Source of the DNA: Macrostomum lignano
Taxonomy: Eukaryota
Direction: 5' to 3'
Length of the DNA stretch: 64,000 nucleotides
NCBI GenBank assembly: GCA_002269645.1
Contig: NIVC01001580.1
Coordinates: forward strand, 1-64,000
Shown here piece after piece: positions 1 through 12,510 of this stretch. Every line of letters begins with the position of its first letter. Positions within the stretch are counted from its first letter, which is position 1. A program made the translations under genes and the position numbers. The notes beneath the pieces were generated by a model, which saw nothing but the letters and a program-made list of their open reading frames with translations, was not told the DNA's origin and searched no databases.

Positions 1-2580
1 GCTAAATTAATGCTTTTATCTTTAGCCTAGGCTAAAGCTTAGGTAGGCTTAGCTATTTTGAATCAAATATAGACTAATTAGAATATATTAATCCAAACCA
101 AATATACTAAATCTCTAATATTTGCTTATATGCTTAATTATTTATATTAGGCCTAGGCCTAGTAGGTAGGCTTCAAGTTTACTCACTAATTCATTAGTAT
201 AATAAATAGTATTATTAGGGTTAAACTTTTCTTTAGCCCTAGGCCTAGCACTATATATAACTTGGTATATATAAATTTTGGTAGGCTAGTATATTTAATT
301 TTAAATTTCAATTCTATTTAGCAATGATTTATTTTGGCTAGGCCTAGGGCTTAAATTAAATAGGTTTGATATCAAATCAAATAGTCAATTTTGTGTAAAA
401 TGGATTAAAAACTTAATAGGCCTACATTAAAATTAAGTCCTTAAAGCTATAGAGTTCTATCCTAGGCTAGATAGAATTAGGCCCTATACTACCATGGTCA
501 CGATCGTGTACCGCTGTACGCCGGAACGAAAATTGCTTCCGTAGCTCATGCACGCCAATGTACGCCAACGAACTTTTTATCGCATACAAAAATACGCCAA
601 AATAGAAATTACAAACTACAACTAATAATAAAAGCTTGCAAAATTTTAATATTTGATCAACCTATGTGTTAAAACTGAAAATCTTTTTACTAAACTGTAG
701 AGAACTAGTTCATTTTAACTAATTTTGTTTTACTTTTTCTTTCTTGGAAAGGTTAAGCCCGGTTTTTTAAATTTAGTTTTCTGTTTTTTTCGTAAAGGTT
801 TTTTTCGTATTCCGGAAAAGACACACTCATCAATAATTCATTTTTTCTCCTATAAACTTTGAAATTCAAAAGAGTTAGCGCAAAAAACAGTTACATTAAA
901 TGAGAAATTATTATTTTTATTGAAAAGAATCATCCCTGTTGCCTTAGTTTGTGAAAAATCGTTAACAGTATGAATTTGCGAAAAGTCGGTCAACTAACGA
1001 GGTTCATTTTTAGTATCACCCGTGTCACAACGATAAAGCGGTAAACTACGTGCGCATCGTGGCTTACAAAGCCACAGCCTACGCGTATAGTCGTAGCTTT
1101 ACGGGTAGTTTACCGCTTTCAATGCGGAACATATATGGTACTTTTACATAGGGCTGGGAATAAAGCGCTAATTTAAATGCGCTTATTCTAGGACAATTAA
1201 TTGGCTGGCTGACTAAGGATTCTTGAGAGGATTTTGCCTTTGGATTGTTGAGCATCATATAGGCCTAGACAAAGACACCTAGTTAATCTTTTGCAGTCGA
1301 TTTGCTTAATAGAAGAGAAACCTTTATTTCTATTAAGGAGAGAATAATATGTGGGTCTGTTTAAGATATAGTTTATTAATGAATTAAATATGGACAATGT
1401 CATAATTGCATATAGACCTAATATAGGCCTAGGCCTAGCACCTAGGCTATTGCTATTCAGATATTGTCATCATAATGAATATAGTCAGTGCTGGGCGTTA
1501 ACTAGTTATTTGTTTAACTAGTTAATTAACTAGTTAAATTTTTTAAAAATCGTTAAATTTTCGTTAAATTTTTTATGTATTAACTCAGCCGTGTCCCACT
1601 CGTGAGGCCATTCTATCCTCGGAAAACACGGTGTAGCGCTGCATGTATTTCTGGCTTTATTTTACGTTGTATTTAATACATTTTTTTAAAAGAATTAACA
1701 CCCGTGTTGACAGGATACGCCACTTTATAAAGCCAAATTGAACATGATCGCTGATTGCCTTTAAGCATGTTGCGAACAAGTTCTGTGTTCAAAGATCATG
1801 TTCACAAGGCCTACTAAAGCCAACTAATATTTAATTGGCTAGTAAAATTGCCGTCAATTTAAAATGAGCTAGGGGCCTGGACTATATAGTTTTAGGATAG
1901 GGTAAGGTTAAGTACACGAGTCGTTACAGTTTAATACAAAGCCATTTCATTATTGTTAACCACTAACAAGCCAGTAGTTAATCTTTACTAGGCTTAAATA
2001 CAACTAGACTAATTGACTAATAGGCCTAGCTCAAAAAGCTAGTTTTGATATCAAGCAACTAGGCCTATTTTATTGTTGGAATTGAATTGCACTGTATAGT
2101 ATATTGGCCAATTGACCTTTTCTGGTCTACTTTAGAATGACAGGGATATATTATCTTTATTTAAAAGGCTAGGATAGGCTATTATAGGTTATTAATGACT
2201 AGATAAGTTGATAAGTTCTTTTTTAATCTATATCTGGGCTTCTTGCTATCTTGGTTGAAATTTATACTATAGAGCCTAGCCCTAGGCCTATATATAGCAT
2301 ATGCTAGGCCTATGACTAGTCTTAGGTTTTTAGGTTTTTATTGTAGCCATGTAAAGGCAGGACTAGGCCTAGGTCTAATCAAGTATTATATATTATATGG
2401 ACATATAGCTCATATAGCTAAGTAGCTACTTTAGGCTATAAAAAGTTTTTGTTATTTATATTAGTGCTACTGCTAGTGCTAGGCCTAGTAAAATACTTGT
2501 AGGGCCTATATTAAAAATTTCTATTTCTAATTCTAGTATACCATATTATAAGCATTTAAAAAATATATTTTTGGTATAAG

Positions 2581-3115
2581 CCTTCCCAGGCAGCCCTCCC
2601 AGGCTACCCTTCCCAGGCTACCCTTCTAGGCAGCCCTCCCAGGCAGCCCTCCCAGGCTACCCCTCCCAGGCTACCCTTCCAGGCAGCCTTCCCAGGCTAC
2701 CCCTCCTAGGCAGTCCTCCCAGGCTACCCTTCCTAGGCAGCCCTCTTATCCTACCCCTCCCAGGCAACGCTCCCAGCCTACCCCTCCCAGCCTACCCTTC
2801 CTAAGCAGCCCTCCTAGCCTACCCCTCCCAGCCTACCCCTCCCAGCCTACCTTTCCCAGGCAGCCCTACCAGGCTATCCTTCCCAGGCAGCCCTCCCAGC
2901 CTACCCCTCCCAGGCAGCGCTCCTAGCCTACCCCTCCCAGCCTACCCTTCCTAGGCAGCCCTCCCAGCCTACCTTTCCCGGCCTACCCCTCCCAGCCTAC
3001 CCCTCCCAGGCAGCGCACCCAGGCTACCCCTCCCAGGCAGCCCTCCCAGGACCCTAGGCAGCCCTAGGCCCCTCCCAGACAGCCCTCCCAGGCTACCCCT
3101 CCCAGGCTACCCTTG
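2581..3115. repeat. Degenerate 13-15 bp C-rich minisatellite (CCCAGGCTACCCCT / CCCAGGCAGCCCT) in SF3B1 upstream intron
   Basis: Dozens of consecutive variant units visible directly. Confidence 0.9.
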
Positions 3116-3924
3116 ATTGGATTGGACTGTTGTTAGTTTGTCCATTGTTAGTTAAGGATTCAGTCAGGGTTCCTTATGCACAATGTGTAGAAGAGAATTC
3201 ATATGATTATATCTTATTATCATCTGCTTGTATCAATAATACATGTACATGTGTTACTGTTTTTTTTACTTGCACACGTAGTAATTATTTGGAGCTAGAA
3301 GCAAAATGACTACATGTACAAATGGCTAGAAATGTATAGTCATTTAATCTACCAAGAAAGAAGTAACTCAATGCAGCAAAAAATTTGGATTGTTACATTC
3401 ATATCATACATTGTAAAAGTATATCAATCCAATAAATAGCTAAAGCATCAAAGGTAAAGGAAAACACATTTTTTCACTCAGTATTCAAATATTGCACGTT
3501 AAAAATATACTACCATTTGAGTGAATCATTCAATGATTTTTACATTATATATAAGCATTTGAATAAAAAATTCTTGCAAAAAAACTAAGACTTACCAAAA
3601 TTGTTGATCTTGTTACAGTCGTTGAAACTTATGCATATTGTCGTAATTAACGATCTTCTAAAAAATACAATCTTTTGCATATCATAATTAACAATTTTTT
3701 GCATATGAAATAATTAAAATTGATCGACTAAATGACAAGACTGCTATTATTTACTTTGATATATATGTATTTGGTAAAAAATGTGTTGCTCTACAAGAAA
3801 AAAACTTAAAATGTAATCCCAATGATCCCGATATGTATCATCATCGGGATTGGGATCCCGACAACCCCTCGGGATCCCATGTTTCTGGGATCGGGATCGG
3901 GATCCCGTCCGACCCCTAGTTTCT

Positions 3925-4075
3925 GGGTTTAGTTGTTAGGTGCCTGCGGTGGTTGCTAGGGTGTTTATAGGATTGGTGGTTACTAGGGTGTTTATAGGTT
4001 TGGTTGTTAGGTGTCTGAGGTCGTTGCTAGGTGTTCAGGGATTGGTTTCTAGGTGCCTGGACTGGTTGCTAGGTG
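3925..4075. repeat. Short degenerate GGTTGCTAGG(G)TG-type tandem repeat
   Basis: Recurring ggttg(c/t)taggtg motif at about 20-25 bp spacing. Confidence 0.6.
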
Positions 4076-4159
4076 GCACTTTTTACACTAAAGTTTGATC
4101 ATAAGATATTAAGCTCATGTCAGATAAATGACATAAATGCTAACATGTAATTCTTCCAG

Positions 4160-6865
4160 ACCGGCTTCGAGGTGATGCCAGCACCCCATCGGCCAGCGGC
4201 GCCGCCACCCCGTCAGCCAGCGTGCGCCAGTGGGTGGAGACGCCCGGCCGCATCAGCGGTGGCGACGCCACGCCGGCACCGGGCTAATTAACAATCGGCA
4301 GTGGGCGGAGACGCCCGTACATATGTCAACTCGGGGTGAAACGCCGGGCCACTTCGACGCCACGCCGTCGGCTACAACACCGATGGGCCGGCGAAATCGA
4401 TGGGACGAAGCGACTCCCGGTGGCTGGGGCGAGACGCCGCGCGCGGACCGGACCGCCGCCGACCTGATTCAGGAGACGCCGCAGGCTGGCAAGCGGCGCT
4501 CGCGTTGGGACGAGACGCCGTCAAATGTCGCCGACGCAACGCCGAGCGTCGCAACGCCGGCGTCGGCCACGCCGAGCGGTTTTACACCTGGCGGGGTCAT
4601 GACCCCGAGCGGGGTGACTCCGATGGGCGTGAAGGCAATGAAGATGGCCACGCCCAGTGCAGCAGTTGCAACCTGCGCGGATAATATCTGCATCTGCTCC
4701 GGGGTCATGGCGGCGAAGGAGCTGGATGACCGCAACCGGCCGCTGTCTGATGAAGACCTGGACGCCATGCTGCCCGAAGGCTACAAGGTACTGGCTCCGC
4801 CGGCCGGCTATGTGCCGCTGCGAACGCCGCGTCGTTTGACTGCAACGCCGACTCCGCTGGCGACGCCCGGCGGCTTCAAGATGGCCACGCCGGATGTTCG
4901 GACGTCGACAGGCACAGCCTTGTCGGATATGCAGCCTAAAGGCACCAATCTGCCAATGCTGAAGCCCGACGATATGCAGTACTTCGACAAGCTGCTCACC
5001 GATGTTGACGAGGACAGCCTGTCGGCCGATGAGCTGCGGGAGCGTCGCATTATGACTCTGCTGTTAAAATCAAAAACGGCACGCCACCGATGCGCAAGTC
5101 CGCGCTCCGCCAGATCACCGAGAAGGCCAGAGAGTTCGGTGCCGGCCCGCTCTTCAATCAGATCCTGCCGCTGTTGATGTCGCCGACACTGGAGGATCAG
5201 GAGCGCCACCTGCTTGTGAAGGTGATTGACCGGGTACTCTACAAGCTGGACGATTTGGTGCGGCCGTTCGTCCACAAAATCCTGGTAGTGATTGAGCCGC
5301 TGCTCATTGATGAAGACTATTATGCTCGTGTAGAAGGCCGCGAGATTATTTCTAACCTGGCCAAGGCGGCCGGCCTGGCAACCATGATCACCACAATGCG
5401 TCCGGATCTGGAGAACATGGACGAATACGTGCGTAACACCACGGCCAGAGCTTTCGCTGTGGTGGCCTCAGCGCTAGGCATTCCCAGTCTGCTATTGTTT
5501 CTTAAGGCCGTGTGCAAGTCGAAGCGCAGCTGGCAGGCCAGGCACACTGGTATCAAAATAGTGCAACAGATTGCCATCCTGATGGGCTGCGCTGTGCTGC
5601 CGCATCTGCGCTCTCTAGTTGAAATTATCGAACTGGGCCTGGTTGACGAGCAGCAGAAGGTGCGAACTATCACCGCTCTGGCTCTGGCAGCTCTGGCCGA
5701 GTCCGCCACGCCCTACGGCATTGAGTCGTTTGATACCGTGCTCAAACCGCTATGGAAAGGCATCCGTACCCACCGAGGCAAAGGTCTGGCCGCTTTTCTC
5801 AAAGCCATTGGCTACCTCATTCCCTTAATGGACGCTGAGTACGCCAATTATTATACTCGCGAGGTTATGCTCATCTTAATCCGCGAGTTCCAGTCGCCTG
5901 ACGAAGAGATGAAGAAAATTGTGCTCAAAGTAGTGAAACAGTGCTGCTCCACCGAGGGTGTTGAGCCGGCTTACATCAAAAAAGACATTTTGCCGTCATT
6001 TTTCAAGCACTTCTGGACACAGAAGATGGCGTCGGACAGGCGGAACTACCGCCAATTGGTGGACACCACAGTCGAGATTGCCAACAAAGTTGGTTCTGCA
6101 GAGATTCTCAATCGAATTGTGGACGATCTCAAAGAGCCATCTGAGCAGTATCGCAAAATGGTCATGGATACGGTTGAGAAGGTGCTCAACAATCTGGGTG
6201 CCACTGAGGTTGACTCGCGTCTCGAAGAACAGCTAATCGATGGCGTAATGTTCGCCTTCTCGGAGCAGACAAACGAGGACGCTGTGATGCTGAACGGCTT
6301 CGGCACCCTGGTGAACGCTCTGGGCAAGCGGGTGAAGCCCTACCTGCCCCAGATCTGCGGCAACATTCTCTGGCGCCTGAACAACAAGTCGGCCAAAGTG
6401 CGCCAACAGGTGGCCGATCTCATTAGCCGCATAGCTGGCGTTATGAAAGCCTGCCAGGAGGAGCGCTTGATGGGCCATCTTGGCGTTGTGCTGTACGAGT
6501 ACCTCGGCGAGGAGTACCCGGAAGTCCTAGGCTCGATTCTAGGCGCATTGAAAGCCATCGTGAATGTCATCGGGATGAACAAGATGACGCCGCCAATCAA
6601 AGATCTGCTTCCTAGGCTGACGCCTATTCTAAAGAACCGGCACGAGAAAGTGCAGGAGAACTGCATCGACCTGGTTGGCCGCATCGCCGACCGCGGCTCC
6701 GAGTTCGTCAGCGTCAAGGAGTGGATGCGCATCTGCTTCGAGCTGCTCGAATTGCTCAAGGCGCACAAGAAGAGTATCAGACGGGCCACAGTTAACACGT
6801 TCGGCTACATTGCCAAAGCTATTGGTCCGCATGATGTGCTGGCAACTCTGCTCAATAATCTCAAG
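4160..6865 (+). CDS. SF3B1: Splicing factor 3B subunit 1, large penultimate exon (TP/RWD ULM region, p14-binding region, HEAT repeats); as assembled broken by two -1 frameshifts (about 4283 and 5069) and a micro-inversion (4671-4708)
   Basis: Translation matches SF3B1 family ([56 protein letters not shown]...LLNNLK). Acceptor ttcttccag ends 4159; donor AAG|gtgagg at 6866. N-terminal exons lie outside the window. Confidence 0.95.
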
Positions 6866-7159
6866 GTGAGGCCGATATTGCTTGCTTAACGATACACTTT
6901 GTACTTGAATATTATGTAGCTCGAGGCCTACGACTACTCAATTCCTGTAGCTAATATATGTTAAATCATACCATAAAGTTTTATTTTCTTGGAGTATCAC
7001 CGTTTTTTGTTGTCTTCTAGCTACTCAATAAGTAGTAAGTTGATAAAATATGGTCCTAAAAGGCTTTTTTCTGAGTAGTTGAGAATCGCCATCTTTAAAT
7101 CTCGTCTTAAAACAGAATCAAAGAATCGCTGTTTCAACCTCTATCCAACCCATCCGCAG

Positions 7160-7768
7160 GTGCAAGAACGCCAGAACCGTGTCTGCACAACAGTGGCCAT
7201 CGCTATTGTCGCTGAGAACTGCTCGCCGTTCACCGTATTGCCTGGCCTAATGAACGAGTACCGCGTACCTGAGCTTAACGTTCAAAACGGTGCACTGAAA
7301 TCGCTTTCATTCATGTTTGAATACATCGTCGAGATGGGCAAGGACTACGTTTACGCGGTGGTCCCTCTGCTGGAGGACGCCCTGATGGACAGGGACCTCG
7401 TGCACAGGCAGACGGCCATGTTCACCATCAGCCACATGGCTCTGAGTGTGTACGGTTTCGGCTGCGAGGACGCGCTCACTCACCTGCTTAATTTTGCCTG
7501 GCCAAACGTGTTTGAAACATCGCCGCACGTTGTGCAAGCATTCATGTCTGTTGTTGAAGGCTGCCGGGTCAGCCTGGGCCACACCCGGGTGCTGCAGTAC
7601 TGCCTGGCTGGCCTGTTCCATCCGGCTAGAAAGGTGCGCGACATGATGTGGAAGGTGTACAACACAGTATACATTGGCAATCCCGACTGTTTGGTCAGCG
7701 GCTATCCCAGCGTACCAGACGACGATAAGAACAGTTATAAGCGGCACGAACTCTTTTATGTCCTCTAA
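7160..7768 (+). CDS. SF3B1: SF3B1 terminal exon (C-terminal HEAT repeats)
   Basis: Acceptor catccgcag ends 7159; [19 protein letters not shown]...KRHELFYVL* continues LNNLK in phase 0 across a 294-nt intron. Confidence 0.95.
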   Translation: MQERQNRVCTTVAIAIVAENCSPFTVLPGLMNEYRVPELNVQNGALKSLSFMFEYIVEMGKDYVYAVVPLLEDALMDRDLVHRQTAMFTISHMALSVYGFGCEDALTHLLNFAWPNVFETSPHVVQAFMSVVEGCRVSLGHTRVLQYCLAGLFHPARKVRDMMWKVYNTVYIGNPDCLVSGYPSVPDDDKNSYKRHELFYVL

Positions 7769-7814
7769 CAATTATTATTATGTAACATGAGATAAACATT
7801 AGATAAATAGTCCA

Positions 7815-8170
7815 TTGACAAGTCTCGATTTCTCACGCGGTATACCTTCTGACCTTAGTCTGATTGATTAAAGTTAAACTGAACGAAGAACAGGCGTAGA
7901 TAGGAGTTGAGATACCTCACTGGCATATTCTCGATGTGGTCAGGTAAATTCTCCGCGCGTAGAAACTTTTAGTTTGCGAATATGCAATTCAGTTTGCTTA
8001 ACTGTCGACTTCCGTTTACTTTCTTGCTCCACATGATGTAGGCCAGCTTCTTCTTCTTCGGTCAATTAACGAAACAGGTTTCCAACGTGATCTTCCGGCG
8101 TAGGATTGCGTAGTTCCTCATCAATTGTAAAATTACTGGGCCATCCAGCTGGGCGCACCCAGATAACATT
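7815..8170 (-). mobile_element. Degenerate N-terminal fragment resembling Crypton/DUF3504-type tyrosine-recombinase proteins
   Basis: Manual translation across one frameshift and two stops: RKSTVKQTELHIRKLK-FLRAENLPDHIENMPVRYLNSYLRLFFVQ...G..Y, resembling the recalled xTxKxT...FL...IExxPxxxLNxYLxxFF...GxxY pattern. No catalytic domain seen. Confidence 0.4.
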
Positions 8171-9895
8171 TAAAGTTATAGTTATTTAATAATTGACTTT
8201 AACTTTTAATGTACGCAACAAAAGTACATGCTGAACTATTTTGCGATTGTCGACATTTTCTCTACTATACTACTATTGGTATTTTCATATATTAACCTGC
8301 CGTTTGTGTTTACGCGATTTGGCATTTATAAAATTTGTGTGTTTATGCGTCAGTTTCTGTTGCTACCGAACCCATGTTTCATTTCTATCGGTCTTGTTCA
8401 TCGTAAAAAAACTGATTAAGTCTCTCTGCTGCAGCTTGTCTTATCCAATAATTGCGTCAAATCCCCAACTCTTATTAGCTATGCCGTCAACTGTCGCGAA
8501 TTAACCTATTTTTTTATTTTCATTCGTTTTCGATTTTGTCTGTTTCTTTGTTTTTGTTGATTTGTTTGTTTGTTTACTTTTTGTTTGTCAAAACTGTCTC
8601 TGTTGCGCTGTTTGAATTTCATATGCAATTAGCTTAGGTTCGGCCTGTACTTTATAAACAGAAAAGTACAATTTGGTCTATGATATTGATACTCATAAGC
8701 TATATGTGAGTAGGGTGAGGCTGTGCGCTTCCCCATCAATACACGAGCGTAGTTTTGTCCATTCAGTTTTATAGTTAACTGCAGGTAAAGTAAAAAATTG
8801 CAAAGCAACAATAGTCTTAGCCATCATTTCCTGTCGCTCATTTTTAAATGATAATATCTTCTCTACCTATAAAAATCAAAACTCTGTCTGTCTGTGGACA
8901 AATTACTTCGCTATGGACTCCCAAACCGCTCAACCAAATTACACCAAACTTTACACCCACCCTAAACTTACTACGGAGAATGTCTTAGGCTACCTTTTAA
9001 TTTCCTAGACTCAAGTCTTCCTATCTAAAAGTACAAAAAACTGCTCAAAATGCGCGATTTTTTCACTAAATCCTCCATAGCGCCGCTCCACTTCTACCGA
9101 TTCTCTTCAAATTTGACACAGGCAATTTTCAACTATTTTGACACAATCGTGTAAAATTTCAAATCTCAAAGTTAATCCTGAAAGCCGCTGTGCACTTTTA
9201 AAGTTAGGCTGTTTTTTTCAGCGAGGCAGCCACCCCAACCTCCGCCCGCCTGCCTCTCTTTCCCGATCTGGGCAAAGGGTGTGAATAGGTTTTAAAATGA
9301 CTAACTTTCGGCTGCCATAAGTTTGCTCCACGTGAAGCGATTGACTTCTAACTTAACACAATTCTTCTTTGATTCATTCTCTGTCTAAATGTAAAGTTTC
9401 AACTCTCTAACTCAATCAGAACAGAAACTGTAAGCATGTGAAGTTTGTCTGCTTTTTCTGTTGTTTGTGCCACTCACTCACTCATTCCCCCAGCCCAGAC
9501 GAAGGGTCAGGCGATAGGGCTCAATGTACATAGCGAATGTACTGTGTTTTGGAATAACTTTTTAATAGCCTTCTCTGTACCCCCGCGCGTGGAGAGGCGT
9601 GGAGAGGAGAGAGTTTAGCGAGATTCAATTTCAAACCACTGTCCTCTGAATAGACAAGTCTGCAGCAGTTAAACAAGGATGGCAAATCAAGGCGATGTGG
9701 GATGGTTTGTAAAAATATCGAAAAATTAATGAATAACTGATTACAATGCAATCCTACTACTGGTAAATTAGTTACACCATGAAAATTTTAACATTAAGAT
9801 TCGCATAAGGTATTTTAAAATTTAAATGGCTTCCTAAGAAATGCGTATTTCCATGGTTGTTAGACTGCTGCAGACTGTGGTGGTGGGAGTACGAG

Positions 9896-10327
9896 ATCTG
9901 CTAGCAGGAAATCTGCTAGCCGAAGTTTGCTAGCGAGAAATTTGCTTGCCGAAATCTGCTAGCCGAAGTTTGCTAGCCGAAATGTGCTAGCCGAAATGTG
10001 CTAGCCGAAATCTGCTAGCCGAAGTTTGCTAGCCGAAGTTTGCTAGCCGAAATGTGCTAGCCGAAATGTGCTAGCCGAAATGTGCTAGCCGAAATCTGCT
10101 AGCCGAAATGTGCTAGCCGAAATGTGCTAGCCGAAATCTGCTAGCCGAAATCTGCTAGCCGAAGTTTGCTAGCCGAAATGTGCTAGCCGAAATGTGCTAG
10201 CCGAAATGTGCTAGCCGAAATCTGCTAGCCGAAGTTTGCTAGCCGAAATGTGCTAGCCGAAATGTGCTAGCCGAAATCTGCTAGCCGAAATCTGCTAGCC
10301 GAAATCTGCTAGCCGAAATCTGCTAAC
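9896..10327. repeat. 14-bp minisatellite CTAGCCGAAAT(G/C)TG / CTAGCCGAAGTTTG, about 31 units
   Basis: Direct tandem periodicity of 14. Confidence 0.95.
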
Positions 10328-10499
10328 CGTGGTGGTGGAGCTGGAGATATACAAATTTCTCTCAGGGCTGCTAATTGACCAGAAAGATGACGTGATTAAA
10401 GCATGAGAAATGATAACAACCATGATATACTACGTCCCACAAACTGGCTTTCGAAGCAGGGATCGGCAGATCGGCAGATACGGGCCAGATGAGAGTGAA

Positions 10500-11190
10500 A
10501 AGGAAAAGGAATAGACTATTAGAAAGGAAGGAGGGGCGAGAGGGGATAAAAGAAAAGATAGAAGATAACAGGAGAGACGTACGAGGAGGTTGAGGAGAGA
10601 GCAAAGAATATGGGACGAAGAAGCGAGAGGAGGGGAGAGAGAAGGGAGAGGAAATAGTAGAGGTGAGAAGATGGAGAGAGAAGAGGGGAGAGATGAGACA
10701 GAGGATCGATGAGAGAGGAGAGTAGAGAAGAGTGAGATGAGAGAACAAAGAGGAGATGAGAGTATCGAGAGGGGGGATTAGAAAGGATAGAGGGGAGGAG
10801 ATAAGAGGGGGAGAGACGAGTGAGAAGAGAGAAGAGAGAGAGAGTTGACAAAGAAGAGAGGACAAAGGAGAGATGATAGAGTAAAGGGAAGAGGAGATGA
10901 GATTGTAGAGATGAGTGAGATGAAAGGAAATATGAGAGAGTAGAGTAGAGATAAGAGATGAAGGAAGAGAGGGCAGAGTGCGGAGAGACGAGAAAAGAGA
11001 ATAGAGGGGAGAGAGTATAGAAGAGGGAAGAGAAGTAAGGAAAGAGAGGAGTCAGAAGAGGGGAAAGAGAAGAGTACACAGTAGAGAGGAGAGTAGAGAT
11101 GACAGAAGAGAGAGGGAAATGAGAGAGCAAAGATGAGAGTGAACAGACGATATAAGAGAGGAGAGAGGAGAGTGAGAGAGAAGAGAGAAT
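10500..11190. repeat. GA-rich low-complexity purine tract
   Basis: Nearly all A/G on + strand; minus-strand S/L-rich ORFs are a by-product. Confidence 0.9.
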
Positions 11191-12205
11191 TTGAGCTTTC
11201 CAGCGCTGGTTAAGGTCTTCTCATGCGGATTTCAGCTTTCCGGCGCGGATTCGGCGATCCTGGCGCCGATTTAGTGATCCTGGCGCCAAATTTGACTTCC
11301 GGCGCCAATTTGAGCTATCCTGCGCCGATTTGAGCTATCCTGCGCTAATTTAAGCTTTCCAGCACTGGTCCGGGCTTTTTGGCGCTGATTTCAGCATTCC
11401 GGCGCTGATTTGGCGATACTGGCGCCGATTTGGTGATCCTGGCGCCAAATTTGACTTCCGGCGCCAATTTGAGATTTTCTGCGCCAATTTAAGCTTTCCA
11501 GCGCCGGTCCGGGCTTTTTGGCGCTGATTTCACCTTTCCGGCGCGGATTCGGCGATCCTGGCGCCAAATTTGACTTCCAGCGCCAATTTGAGCTTTCCCG
11601 CGCCAATTTGAGTTATCCTGCGCCGATTTGAGCTTTCCAGCGCTGGTCCGGGCTTTTTAGCGCTGATTTCAGCATTCCGGCGCTGATTTGGCGATACTGG
11701 CGCCGATTTAGTGATCCTGGCGCCAAATTTGACTTCTGGCGCCGATTTGAGCTATCCTGCGCTAATTTAAGCTTTCCAGCACTGTTTCGGGCTTTTTGGC
11801 GCTGATTTCAGCATTCCGGCGCTGATTTGGCGATACTGGCGCCGATTTGGTGATCCTGGCGCCAAATTTGACTTCCGGCGCCAATTTGAGCTTTTCCGCG
11901 CCAATTTAAGCTTTCCAGCGCCGGTCCGGGCTTTTTGGCGCTGATTTCACCTTTCCGGCGCGGATTCGGCGATCCTGGCGCCAAATTTGACTTCCGGCGC
12001 CAATTTGAGCTATCCTGCGCCGATTTGAGCTATCCTGCGCCGATTTGAGCTTTCTAGCGCCAGTTTGAGCTGTCCAGCGCTGGTTAAGGTATTCTAAAGC
12101 TGATTTCAGCATTCCGGCGCTGATTCGGCGATTCTGGCGCCGACCGGCGCTGATTTGGTGATCCTGGCACCAAATTTGACTTTGGGCGCCAATTTGAGTT
12201 TTCCG
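11190..12205. repeat. Degenerate 19-20 bp GGCGCC-containing satellite with about 420-bp higher-order duplication
   Basis: ggcgcc(g/a)atttgagc-type units; blocks at about 11366/11785 and 11503/11921 recur. Confidence 0.85.
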
Positions 12206-12510
12206 CGCTGTTTTGGGCTTAAAGGCATGGCTTCAGGGATCAGCGCAGATTTATATCTATTTGGCACTATAAAAATCAAAAGTGTCATTTTTGGACTTGT
12301 TATTGTTGATTGTTTTGTTATTGATTATTTTTCAATAAGGTATACTCCATCTAGATCACTATTTGCTCAGAGTTCAGGATCTACTAAATATCTTTACTCA
12401 GCGACATTTAAAAGTCGCCACTCTATGCGCCAGTGAGTAATATCTCTTTGACTATTTTAAAATATTATAAATAAAAGATATGATATAAACTAATCGGGAT
12501 AGCTTTAATC

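Noticed and set aside
1035-1119. Small hairpin with 14-bp inverted repeat as ncRNA
   Set aside because: No family-specific motif; insufficient support.
1486-1560. Transposon end (CAGTGCTGGGCGTTAACTAGTT), likewise 3820-3920 (GGGATCCC cluster) and 18340-18365
   Set aside because: No matching partner TIR or TSD found in the window.
6760-6800. Natural pladienolide-resistance substitutions in SF3B1
   Set aside because: [11 protein letters not shown] retains the K1071, R1074 and V1078 equivalents.
10371-11130. Ser/Leu-rich minus-strand ORFs
   Set aside because: By-product of the GA-rich tract.
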